Shown here one piece after another: positions 46,745 through 55,811 of a stretch of 64,000 nucleotides of DNA. Positions within the stretch are counted from its first letter, which is position 1; every line of letters begins with the position of its first letter. The notes beneath the pieces were generated by a model. It saw only the letters and a program-made list of their open reading frames with translations, had not been told where the DNA came from and did not search any database. The translations under genes and the position numbers were made by a program. The stretch is from Candidatus Pacearchaeota archaeon. GTDB taxonomy: Archaea > Nanobdellota > Nanobdellia > Pacearchaeales > GW2011-AR1. The DNA lies in assembly GCA_041648455.1 (NCBI GenBank), contig JBAZOZ010000001.1, positions 7,823 to 71,822 of the forward strand, given 5' to 3'.

Positions 46745-47608
46745 TTATACAACCTTTACCTCTTTTTTCATTAACTCATCTAATGGAGATTTTATCTTTT
46801 TTAATTCTTCTGATGATACATGAGCATAGATCTGAGTAGTGGACAAATCTGCATGTCCTAAAAGCTCTTGAATTTTCCTAATATCAACTCCATTTTCTAA
46901 GAGATGTGTTGCAAAACTATGCCTTAAAGTATGACAATGTACATCTTTTTTTATGCCTGCTTTTTTTGAAGCTTTATTTACAATCTTCTGAAGATTTCTT
47001 GAAGAAAGTTTTCCTTTTGGTCCTGTAAATAAATATTCTTGGTTTTCTTTTTTTTGTTGCACTATTTGTTTTTTCAAATCATTAGATAAGAATTCGGGTA
47101 TATTAAACATCCTATCTTTTTTTCCTTTTCCCTGCCTTATAGTTCCTATTTTCTCCTCAAAATTTAATTCTTTCATTTGTAGGTTAACAAGCTCAGAAAC
47201 ACGCAAACCAATTGCATACATTAAGGAAATCATTAGTTTAGATTTTTTATTCTCTGTAGCGTCGATAATCATAGTAATTTCCTCTTTTGTTAAAACTGTA
47301 GGTAACTTTTTTTCTCTTTTTGGACGTTTAATTCCGGCTGTTGGGTCTTTTCCTAAAACATTACCGTACGCATATTTTAGTGCAGATAAAAAAAGAATTA
47401 TAGATGTTGATGAATTATTTGAAAGATTTTCTGAAAGATAATATTTTACATCATTACTAGTAATTTCATCAGGGTTTTTGTTTACAAATTTCAAGAATCT
47501 TTCATTTGAGTTTAAATAATTTCTAAGAGTGTATGGAGAATTTTTTGATATTCTTAATTCAATCCTTGTCTTTTCTAAAAATTCGTTGGAGGTTAGCTTG
47601 TTTTCCAT
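46745..47608 (-). CDS. tyrosine recombinase / integrase (XerC/D-like)
   Basis: GLRVSELVNL (catalytic R). HCHTLRHSFATHLLENGVDIRKIQELLGHADLSTTQIYAHV (H-x-x-R ... Y). Confidence 0.85.
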   Translation of the reverse strand: MENKLTSNEFLEKTRIELRISKNSPYTLRNYLNSNERFLKFVNKNPDEITSNDVKYYLSENLSNNSSTSIILFLSALKYAYGNVLGKDPTAGIKRPKREKKLPTVLTKEEITMIIDATENKKSKLMISLMYAIGLRVSELVNLQMKELNFEEKIGTIRQGKGKKDRMFNIPEFLSNDLKKQIVQQKKENQEYLFTGPKGKLSSRNLQKIVNKASKKAGIKKDVHCHTLRHSFATHLLENGVDIRKIQELLGHADLSTTQIYAHVSSEELKKIKSPLDELMKKEVKVV

Positions 47609-48252
47609 AGATTTTTCCAGAGTTTATTTTTGAATAACTGTGAGTTTGTTTTGAATTGAATTACTTTTATTCCAATCTTCTTAGCTGGAAAAAGATTCCA
47701 TTTTTGATTATCAATAAATAAGCATTCTTTTGGGGGCAAATCTAACTTCTCTAAGATTAATTTATAGATTTTGGGATTTGGTTTTCTAATGCCAACTTCA
47801 TAAGATATAACGACCAGGTTAAATTTTTTATAGAGTTTTTTAGGCATTACTGCATTTCTTGAAATAAGCCATTGATCAGACAAAATAGCTATTTTATAAC
47901 CTATCTGTTTAAGCTTAAACGCCTGTTTGAACAGCTGTTCGTTTTGCTTAAAATTATGTCTATAGGCATCAATAATTATCTTTTCTAATTTCATTGAAGA
48001 TATTTTGTTATTTTTAGCTATTATTTTTAATGCTTTTTCTCCAGATATTTTTCCTTCTACAGCATCTGAATAGCTAGAATCAATAGAATCAAACCATTGG
48101 TCTATAGAAATATTAAGTTTCTTTGCAATATATTCATGGACTCCTTTGGTTCTTTCATGTTTTTGTTTTGGAGAAGGTTTATTTCCTAAAGCCAATACTC
48201 CACCTACATCAAAGATTACTGCCTGAATGTCTGAACTCTTTCCTCTCTTCAT
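47593..48252 (-). CDS. HAD-superfamily hydrolase
   Basis: AVIFDVGGVL (DxDx(V/T) motif I). Overlaps the integrase start by 16 nt. Confidence 0.6.
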   Translation of the reverse strand: MKRGKSSDIQAVIFDVGGVLALGNKPSPKQKHERTKGVHEYIAKKLNISIDQWFDSIDSSYSDAVEGKISGEKALKIIAKNNKISSMKLEKIIIDAYRHNFKQNEQLFKQAFKLKQIGYKIAILSDQWLISRNAVMPKKLYKKFNLVVISYEVGIRKPNPKIYKLILEKLDLPPKECLFIDNQKWNLFPAKKIGIKVIQFKTNSQLFKNKLWKNLWKTS

Positions 48253-48314
48253 AAAATGAATTGTACGAACTTGTTTAAATATGTTTTGTTAAAAATTAAA
48301 ATAAGGTGATTAAA

Positions 48315-48794
48315 TTAAAATTTATTTGAATTAAAATCAATTTTTATATCTTCAGGAAGCTTGAATCCCTTTTGTTTTAATATATCTCTTATTTCTCTTC
48401 TAAACTTGAAATCATGAATCATTTTATGATGATTTGGACAAAGTCCAATAAAATTTTCTTCTAAATTATTCTTATTATTTTCATCTAAGTGGTGCAAATC
48501 TACAATTTTATCAAACCCACAAACAACACATTTTTCTGTTATTTTTTTATAGAGTTCTGTAGAAATATTATGTCTTTTATTTCTAGACCAATCTTTATTT
48601 TTCTGCAAATGAAAAACAAAATTATAGCACCCCGGACATAATCCTTTCGAATGTAATGCCATTTCTCTGCCACAGCGTTTGCAAATCATCTTTTTTGGTT
48701 TCCAAGATAATTTCCTGTAACAGTTGAAACAATATCCTTTAGCATGATGTTCTTTTTCCTTTTTGCAGCTAGGACAAATAATCTTCGCGCTCAT
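48315..48794 (-). CDS. HNH endonuclease with Cys4 zinc ribbons
   Basis: CPSCKKE...CFNCY, CKRCGRE...CPGCY, then CVVCGFDKIVDLHHLDENNKNNLEENFIGLCPNHHKMIH (HNH core). Confidence 0.7.
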   Translation of the reverse strand: MSAKIICPSCKKEKEHHAKGYCFNCYRKLSWKPKKMICKRCGREMALHSKGLCPGCYNFVFHLQKNKDWSRNKRHNISTELYKKITEKCVVCGFDKIVDLHHLDENNKNNLEENFIGLCPNHHKMIHDFKFRREIRDILKQKGFKLPEDIKIDFNSNKF

Positions 48795-48929
48795 GAATAT
48801 GAGAAAAGATTGGATTATAAAAAAAGATGTATTAATTTTGGAATAATAACGTTCGCATATAGACAAAAAGCGAATTACCGACAATACATCTTGTGCGTAG
48901 TTTTTTGTGTAGAAGTGATTTTTAGATAA

Positions 48930-49238
48930 TTATAGGGGTATTTTGCATTCTCTTATGGTATTTTCTAGTGATTCTGGTAACTTAGGTTGGGTTTGTGCAT
49001 CTTGGGATTTTCTCTTGGGAACATACTCTTCATCCTGCCAGTGATCGTTAATTTCCAATAGGCCTTCTCTCCCACTCATGAATTTTGCTAGAATTTGTGG
49101 TGAACGAGGGTGGGGTCTCTCCGCTTCTTTCTGATTAAGATATTTTATGTCTAATACCTTATATTCATCATCTGAACAAACAAAGGTACGATCCTTAATT
49201 CCTCCAAATAAAGCATAGTCTCTCAATGTTTTTACCAT
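48930..49238 (-). CDS. hypothetical protein
   Basis: 102 aa. No recognisable motif. Confidence 0.3.
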   Translation of the reverse strand: MVKTLRDYALFGGIKDRTFVCSDDEYKVLDIKYLNQKEAERPHPRSPQILAKFMSGREGLLEINDHWQDEEYVPKRKSQDAQTQPKLPESLENTIRECKIPL

Positions 49239-49327
49239 CTTTTATCCAATATTCTCGGGTTTTTAAGAATTTCTATAGAAAAATAGCTATTTTCCTCTCT
49301 TTTGTGCACATAGGTTAGGTTCATGCA

Positions 49328-49498
49328 TTAGCCAAAAGGTGATAAAAGAATATTGTTTACACTTAGTAAGCCAAGAATTCCCGCAATAACCAAATATAAT
49401 CCAACTGCATAACGAAGAAATTTTGGAAATGCTAATATCAAAATACCAACAATTATAGCTAAAATTGCAACAATATTTAAAACAACTGAAATGGCCAT
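49328..49498 (-). CDS. 56-aa two-TM mini membrane protein
   Basis: MAISVVLNIVAILAIIVGILILAF...GILGLLSVNNILLSPFG. Below the ORF-track size cutoff. Confidence 0.3.
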   Translation of the reverse strand: MAISVVLNIVAILAIIVGILILAFPKFLRYAVGLYLVIAGILGLLSVNNILLSPFG

Positions 49499-49604
49499 AT
49501 TATTCTATGTGTTTAAAGTTTTTAAATCTTATTATAGGGGGCTTTGTCCGGAGTTCCAAAAATAAAACCGAAAAATAATTATTCTGAAGATAATTAGATG
49601 GGAT

Positions 49605-50534
49605 ATGTATCAACAAATTATCCCATCTAAATTTAATAATCAAATGGAAGAGCAGTTAATTAAACTTTTCCATGAGTCTGATTTACCATTACATTTTAAC
49701 AAAACTGGAAATAAGGAATTTACAAATTATCAAAGAGTTTCTTTAATCATTTTATTTCACCGAAGCAAAAAATCAATTAGGGATTTTATCGACGAGGTTT
49801 CCGAATCAAAATGGATTTCTTATCTCGGATTGAAGAAAATTCCAAAGAAAAGCACCTTGCATGATTGGTTGAAAATTTTCGACTTGAAAATAATAAGAGA
49901 AATTTGCAAGGTGCTTTTGCCGACAGAGATTAAAGTAACTGCAATCGATGGAACCGGATTTGATTCATGGCAAAGGTCGAGGCATTATGAAAAAAGAGCT
50001 GAAGAAATAAAACCTCTTCCTAAGATGCCTTATTTTAAAACATGCCTTTTTATCGACGTGGGAACAAAATCAATAATTGATTTTGAAATTGTTCTGCATC
50101 ATGAACATGATGTAAAAATGGCGGAGAGAATTTTTAAAAGAAATAAACTAGAAAATATTTGGGGGTTGGGAGATAAGGGTTTTGATTCTGAAAATTTGCA
50201 CGAAATTGCTCGTGCAAATGGAATTATATTTTATGCTCCAGTTCGAAGGATGAATAAAAGAGCATTAAGCAAAAAGAAACCAAAAGGAAAATACCGACGA
50301 GAATGTATCGAAGTTCCAGATTTTGCTGGGAAAAGAAGTTTAGTTGAAAATGTGAATTCTGTTTTAAAAAGAACGCAAATTCATTTTCTAAGAAGCAAGA
50401 AAGACATTATGAAAGAAAGAGAATTTGGCTGGCAAATTGTTTTATATAATATTAAAAGAAAAATAAAAGTTTCATCTTTAGGAAAAATTCAAACTTTTAT
50501 TTTTTGGAAATTTAGAATTTTATTTCATTCCTGA
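49605..50534 (+). CDS. DDE-type transposase (IS4/IS5-superfamily-like)
   Basis: VTAIDGTGFDS (D1), GLGDKGFDSENL (D2) and the downstream ...NSVLKRTQ region give DDE_Tnp_1-like spacing. Confidence 0.6.
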   Translation: MYQQIIPSKFNNQMEEQLIKLFHESDLPLHFNKTGNKEFTNYQRVSLIILFHRSKKSIRDFIDEVSESKWISYLGLKKIPKKSTLHDWLKIFDLKIIREICKVLLPTEIKVTAIDGTGFDSWQRSRHYEKRAEEIKPLPKMPYFKTCLFIDVGTKSIIDFEIVLHHEHDVKMAERIFKRNKLENIWGLGDKGFDSENLHEIARANGIIFYAPVRRMNKRALSKKKPKGKYRRECIEVPDFAGKRSLVENVNSVLKRTQIHFLRSKKDIMKEREFGWQIVLYNIKRKIKVSSLGKIQTFIFWKFRILFHS

Positions 50535-50722
50535 CAGAGCCTATAGGGTGTAGTTTTTGCAGTATTTTTGATTAATTTCTTTCGTTTTTGAGAAATGTTG
50601 TGCACTTAGGTTAACTTAGTTAAAATGTGGTGGAGATTGAGAATATCATTGAAATGTGTTCAGGGAGAAATTTAAGATAAAAAAGAAGTGAAAATAAAAG
50701 AGTAAGGAAAAAAAGAATGATT

Positions 50723-50890
50723 TTATCTTTTCTTTTTACTATAGTTTCTAATAAGTTTTCCTACACCTATTATAAGGACACCTATAGCAATTAACCAATC
50801 ATTGTACTGAGCAAGTTGATCAACACCTAGCAAAGGTAAGACCAAAAGGACACCAATGATTGTTACAACCCATGCCGTCAATTTTGCCAT
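50723..50890 (-). CDS. 55-aa two-TM mini membrane protein
   Basis: MAKLTAWVVTIIGVLLVLPLLGVDQLAQYNDWLIAIGVLIIGVGKLIRNYSKKKR. Confidence 0.3.
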   Translation of the reverse strand: MAKLTAWVVTIIGVLLVLPLLGVDQLAQYNDWLIAIGVLIIGVGKLIRNYSKKKR

Positions 50891-51040
50891 CTTAACACCC
50901 TCCTTTAATCCATATTAAGGGCGAGAATGGATTATAAATCTTTCCAATATTGTGCACTTAGGTTAACTAAGTATCTGTTGGATATATGTTGGAATGTGGA
51001 ATTATGTGTTGGAAAGAAAGATTTTTTATAGGTGTTTGTT

Positions 51041-51200
51041 GGTTTTATGGGTGTTTAAATTGGTGTTTAAGATTTTTATCGTCGGAAAAAAATTAATGAG
51101 ATTTATTTAATTTAAATAGTTAGCTGTATTATTTTGTTGAATTTTGTATTTTTTTAATTAAATCTCTTGGGTTTTATGGGTGTTTAATGGTGTTTAAACA
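51041..51200 (+). repeat. two ~30-nt iteron-like direct repeats GGTTTTATGGGTGTTTAA(AT)TGGTGTTTAA about 130 nt apart
   Basis: Copies at 51041-51070 and 51169-51200. TGTTGG x3 upstream (50978-51020). Confidence 0.6.
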
Positions 51201-51310
51201 GGCTGTTTTCTATATTTTTTTAGAACAAACACCCAATATTCACACACAAAAACATCGAAAAATATACAAACTGATTCAAATTCCTCGTCGATAAAAATAA
51301 TCTTCTATCG

Positions 51311-51958
51311 ATGGGCAAAAAGATTTTTAAAGTATCTTTTCTAATTGTTTATATGGTTTGGTGGCTTTTTGGGACTAAAGGAGAGGTTGAACGTGTTGAA
51401 GAAGAAACAAAAAAAGGATTTGAGTTAGTAAAAAAAGACATGAACGCCATAAGTGAATGGATTAAACACCTGGATTCTGAAAAAAATATGAATAAAAAAA
51501 ATATTGAGAGCCTAAAAGAAAGTTTGTCGTCGATAAATGAAGAAATTGAAGGTGTAAAAAATGTTCTTTCATTAATGAATGATCTAAAGCCGAGAGCTAG
51601 ATTTAAACAAAACAAACAACAACTAGATAAACAGACAGCTGTTTATGCTGTCCAAACAGCTGTCCAAACAGCTGTCCAAACACCAAATTTAGACCAATTT
51701 TCTATTACTGAACGGGCAATTATTTGGATCTTGCTAAACAATGAAATGAAATTGAGCTATGATGATTTGGCGGCGATACTTGGGAAAGAAAAATCAACTA
51801 TAAGGGGACAAATAAACAGCATAAAACAAAAAAGTGAAGGTATGTTGGAAGAACAAATAGAGAAAAATGGCAAAAAGAGAGTATTTATAGCTGAACAAGT
51901 CAGGGAAAAACTCTTAAGAAAGCAAAAAGTGAGAGTTAAAAATAATAAAAATATCTAA
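51311..51958 (+). CDS. coiled-coil / tandem-repeat / C-terminal winged-helix protein
   Basis: N-terminal TM/coiled coil. (QTAV)x3 linker encoded by a 12-nt repeat. C-terminal ERAIIWILLNNEMKLSYDDLAAILGKEKSTIRGQINSIKQK is wHTH-like. Confidence 0.5.
   Translation: MGKKIFKVSFLIVYMVWWLFGTKGEVERVEEETKKGFELVKKDMNAISEWIKHLDSEKNMNKKNIESLKESLSSINEEIEGVKNVLSLMNDLKPRARFKQNKQQLDKQTAVYAVQTAVQTAVQTPNLDQFSITERAIIWILLNNEMKLSYDDLAAILGKEKSTIRGQINSIKQKSEGMLEEQIEKNGKKRVFIAEQVREKLLRKQKVRVKNNKNI
51633..51682 (+). repeat. 12-nt tandem repeat CAAACAGCTGTC (about 3.5 copies) inside CDS
   Basis: Read directly from the sequence. Encodes AVQTAVQTAVQT. Confidence 0.8.
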
Positions 51959-52101
51959 AAAAAGGGAAAAATAGATTTAAAAAAAGTTTAAATGAGAGTC
52001 ATGTGGTTTGATTAAGAGAAAAATGAGATAAAGTTTAAAGAAAGTAGTTAGTAAATTTGAAGAAAACCAATTAAAAATTATTCGGTGAAGGGAATAATTG
52101 G

Positions 52102-52887
52102 TTAAATATCTTTTAAATGTAATATTGTTTGCAAAGAAGCTATTTTTTTAAGATTTTTGGAAATGGAAAGACGAATATTTTTGTTGTTTATCTTGCTTTT
52201 TTCGAGGGGAATTTCTTTTTTCAGCAATCTTCCAACATAATCCCTAATAGAACTTTCAGTTAGGTTTAATTTATCTGAGATAGATTTATAGTCGGCAAAC
52301 CCGTGCTCTTCTTCTAGCTGATATATTGTCGAGAAGATTAATAACTCTTGATCGGTTAATTTTTTGAATTTTAATCTAATTTCCTTCTTTAAGGTATCTA
52401 AAGAATCCAAGAGGTTATAGGCATTTTCTATTGAATTTTCTTTATTGTGCGAACCTTTATTTATTGATTTGTTTGTCTGTTGGTCTGTCTGTCTGTCTGT
52501 TGGAACCCTTTCATTTCCAGTGGAAATATCTAAAATTTGTCCTTTTAAAGAGCTAATATCTGCTGGATGTGCTGGAATTATCTGTTGATGTGCTGGAATT
52601 ATCTGTTGATGTGCTGGAATTATCTGTTGATGTGCTGGAATTCCTTCTATTTGGAAAATTGGCCTATTTGGAGAATATAATTGTTTTTTATCTTGTTTTA
52701 ACTCTTCAAGAATTTTTAGAAGATTTGAATTGACTTCTGCTAATTGCTTGATTAATTCTATGATCTCTGACATCTTCTCTCTTGTTTCAATAATGGCATT
52801 CTCAAACAAATTGTTCTCTTTTTTTAAATAGTCAATATCTTGCTTAATTTTTTGAAATGCCTCTTTCAGTTGATCTTCTTTCTCCAT
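52102..52887 (-). CDS. coiled-coil / tandem-repeat / C-terminal winged-helix protein (paralogous architecture to 51311..51958)
   Basis: N-terminal coiled coil. (IPAHQQ)x4 from a perfect 21-nt repeat. TDRQTDQQT from a CTGT-rich repeat. C-terminal LTDQELLIFSTIYQLEEEHGFADYKSISDKLNLTESSIRDYVGRLLKK is wHTH-like. Confidence 0.5.
   Translation of the reverse strand: MEKEDQLKEAFQKIKQDIDYLKKENNLFENAIIETREKMSEIIELIKQLAEVNSNLLKILEELKQDKKQLYSPNRPIFQIEGIPAHQQIIPAHQQIIPAHQQIIPAHPADISSLKGQILDISTGNERVPTDRQTDQQTNKSINKGSHNKENSIENAYNLLDSLDTLKKEIRLKFKKLTDQELLIFSTIYQLEEEHGFADYKSISDKLNLTESSIRDYVGRLLKKEIPLEKSKINNKNIRLSISKNLKKIASLQTILHLKDI
52561..52645 (+). repeat. perfect 21-nt tandem repeat (GATGTGCTGGAATTATCTGTT) x4 inside CDS
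   Basis: Read directly from the sequence. Confidence 0.85.
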
Positions 52888-52945
52888 CAGAATTTAAAAG
52901 AATAGAAATATAAAAATGTTGAGATAACAGAATATATACTACAAA

Positions 52946-53212
52946 TTATTGATAACTTTTATAAGTTTGATATGCTAAATTTGAAAGATTCCATCTGGCT
53001 CTTCTTATATAAAAATTGCCTTTATTATTTTTCTTTATTTCTATAACTAGTTTTTTTTCTTTTAGTTCTAAAAGGAGTTTTTTTATGAATTCTTCATCTC
53101 TCGCTATCCCTTGAGCTATTTGAGAAGTAAATAGGGCTTTTGGTGTAGATCCATATAAAAAAGCCAAGATTTGTTCAAAAATTTTTTCTTTCTTTTTTTC
53201 TGAAATCCTCAT
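52946..53212 (-). CDS. small winged-helix DNA-binding protein
   Basis: 88 aa. ILAFLYGSTPKALFTSQIAQGIARDEEFIKKLLLELKEKKLV is a wHTH (PadR/MarR-like) pattern. Confidence 0.45.
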   Translation of the reverse strand: MRISEKKKEKIFEQILAFLYGSTPKALFTSQIAQGIARDEEFIKKLLLELKEKKLVIEIKKNNKGNFYIRRARWNLSNLAYQTYKSYQ

Positions 53213-53271
53213 AAAAAAATAAGGGGATTGTATTTAAAAATATATTTAAAAATATATTCAACAATAAAAAA

Positions 53272-53694
53272 TCAATTTTTTTCTGAATTTTCTGGATTTT
53301 TTAGAACGGGCATAGGGATATGATAAGGGAGATTCATTTCCTCTTCAAACTCCAATGCTTTTATAGAAGACTTTCTCATTATGATATTAAACAAAGATAT
53401 CCTAAAATCGTCGGGAATTTCCTTATTTTCCCATTTTTTCAATAGGTCTTTAGTTATCTTAGAATCTAAAGATATCAAAAGATTTCCTGAAAATTCTATT
53501 TTTGCTACTTGTGGTTCGTAATTAATAATATAATTAAATTTAATCCCTAAAAGTTCTTCCTTTGATTTAATCGCTTCTGTTTCAACAATGCTTATATCAG
53601 AAATATCTATATTTGTATTAATTTTTAATTCACCTAACTTCTCCGGAAATCTTTCTACATTTATTTTATTAAAATTAAATCCAAGTAATTTCAT
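53272..53694 (-). CDS. hypothetical protein
   Basis: 140 aa. No recognisable motif. Confidence 0.3.
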   Translation of the reverse strand: MKLLGFNFNKINVERFPEKLGELKINTNIDISDISIVETEAIKSKEELLGIKFNYIINYEPQVAKIEFSGNLLISLDSKITKDLLKKWENKEIPDDFRISLFNIIMRKSSIKALEFEEEMNLPYHIPMPVLKNPENSEKN

Positions 53695-53765
53695 TTTATT
53701 TTGAAAAGATAGATGTTTTTAAGTATTTAGATTATTCGAAAATATTATCCAGACTAAATAATAAA

Positions 53766-54026
53766 TTAAATTAAATCTTCTTCAGAAACGATGACAAAAT
53801 CACCAATGGCAATTATGGCTGAGTAAGGTATCAAAAATTCATCGGATTTTGTTTTTTCTAAATTAAGATTTTTTGTATAGGGTGTAGGATCTTTGATTAC
53901 CATATTTATTAATTCTCCCGAACGTGTTTCAAAAGTTACATCCTTAAGAAATCCTAATCTCTTTCCTTCTTTAGTTACAATCATTTTTCCAGTTATTGAA
54001 CTAAACGGATGTTTTTCTGTTTGCAT
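53766..54026 (-). CDS. PRC-barrel domain protein
   Basis: ITGKMIVTKEGKRLGFLKDVTFETRSGELINMVI is the PRC barrel core. Confidence 0.55.
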   Translation of the reverse strand: MQTEKHPFSSITGKMIVTKEGKRLGFLKDVTFETRSGELINMVIKDPTPYTKNLNLEKTKSDEFLIPYSAIIAIGDFVIVSEEDLI

Positions 54027-54518
<492 letters not shown>

Positions 54519-55727
54519 ATGGCACCGAACATCGATCAAATTTTTGATTCTTTTGATAAGAATAGCGTGTTTAAAGACAAATTTATTTTACAAACAACCT
54601 ATAAACCCTCGGAAATTCCTCACCGAGATATGCAAATAAAACAAATAGCATCTATTCTCGCTCCAGTTTTGAGGGGAGAAAGAACGAGTAATTTATTTGT
54701 TTATGGAAAGACCGGAACTGGAAAAACCTTGTCAATTCAATATGTAAGAGACGAGCTTTTAAAGAGAGCAGAAAAGAATTTAGATTTTAAATTAAAAATA
54801 GAATATTTAAATTGTAAACTAAAAAAAGTTTCTGATACTGAATATAGAATTCTTGCAGAACTTATTAAAAAATTAGGAGGAAATGTTCCAATAACTGGAC
54901 TTCCCACAGAATCGGTTTATAGTAAATTTATTGAACTTATAGATAAAGAAAAACTATTATTGGTGTTAGTTTTAGATGAAATTGATCAAGCAGTTAAAAA
55001 AATTTCAGATGGTTTCTTATATAATCTTACCCGGCTTAATTCAGAGTTGTCTAAAAGTCAGATTTGTCTTGTTGGAATAAGCAATGATTTAACATTTTTA
55101 GATGAAATTGATCCAAGAATTAGGAGTTCCCTTAGTGAGGAAGAAATTGTTTTTCCTCCATATAATGCTTTACAATTACAAGATATTTTGAATAAACGGG
55201 CCAAGGAGGCATTTAAAGAGAATATTATTCAAGATGGTGTTATTGCTAAATGTGCTGCTTTTGCTGCAAGAGAGCACGGAGATGCAAGAAGAGCCTTAGA
55301 TTTATTAAGGATTGCCGGAGAATTAGCGGAGAGAGATAGTTCACCCAAAATTCTTGTAAAGCATATAGATGAAGCAAACAATAAAATTGAAAGAGATAAG
55401 ATCTTAGACGTTATTAAAACAGAGCCGAAGCAATTTCAAATAGTTTTATCTTCAATAATTCAACTTTCCGAGAAGCAAAAGGAATTAATTTTTACTGGAG
55501 ATATTTATAATCTTTATGAAGATATTTGCAGACAAAATCGGTGTGAGATTTTAACGCAAAGAAGGGTTTCAGATATAATTCAAGAATTTGATATGCTTGG
55601 AATTATTAATGTTAAAGTAATTTCAAAAGGCAGAGGAGGAAGAATGAGGGAGATTAAATTGGCCATTTCGAAAAATATTGCAGAAAAAGCTAAAGAAATT
55701 ATTAAGGATTCGTTAAATTATAGTTAA
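54519..55727 (+). CDS. cdc6: Orc1/Cdc6 replication initiator
   Basis: Walker A GKTGTGKT. Walker B LVLVLDEID. C-terminal winged helix. 402 aa. Confidence 0.9.
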   Translation: MAPNIDQIFDSFDKNSVFKDKFILQTTYKPSEIPHRDMQIKQIASILAPVLRGERTSNLFVYGKTGTGKTLSIQYVRDELLKRAEKNLDFKLKIEYLNCKLKKVSDTEYRILAELIKKLGGNVPITGLPTESVYSKFIELIDKEKLLLVLVLDEIDQAVKKISDGFLYNLTRLNSELSKSQICLVGISNDLTFLDEIDPRIRSSLSEEEIVFPPYNALQLQDILNKRAKEAFKENIIQDGVIAKCAAFAAREHGDARRALDLLRIAGELAERDSSPKILVKHIDEANNKIERDKILDVIKTEPKQFQIVLSSIIQLSEKQKELIFTGDIYNLYEDICRQNRCEILTQRRVSDIIQEFDMLGIINVKVISKGRGGRMREIKLAISKNIAEKAKEIIKDSLNYS

Positions 55728-55811
55728 TTTTTAATAAGATGGAATTCCTTTTATAATTTAAATTTAGAAAACAAAGATTATCTAAAATCAAAAATTTTAT
55801 ATTAAATTAAA

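Larger units (their letters stand above)
49303..50615 (+). mobile_element. putative IS-like unit: DDE transposase gene bracketed by direct copies of TGTGCAC(A/T)TAGGTTA
   Basis: Repeat copies at 49303-49320 and 50598-50615, with a third at 50951-50968. No terminal inverted repeats found, so boundaries are uncertain. Confidence 0.3.

Noticed and set aside
49535-50560. Terminal inverted repeats for the DDE transposase (CTATAGGG found on both sides)
   Set aside because: The two CTATAGGG copies are in direct, not inverted, orientation and are only 8 nt long. IS boundaries remain undefined.
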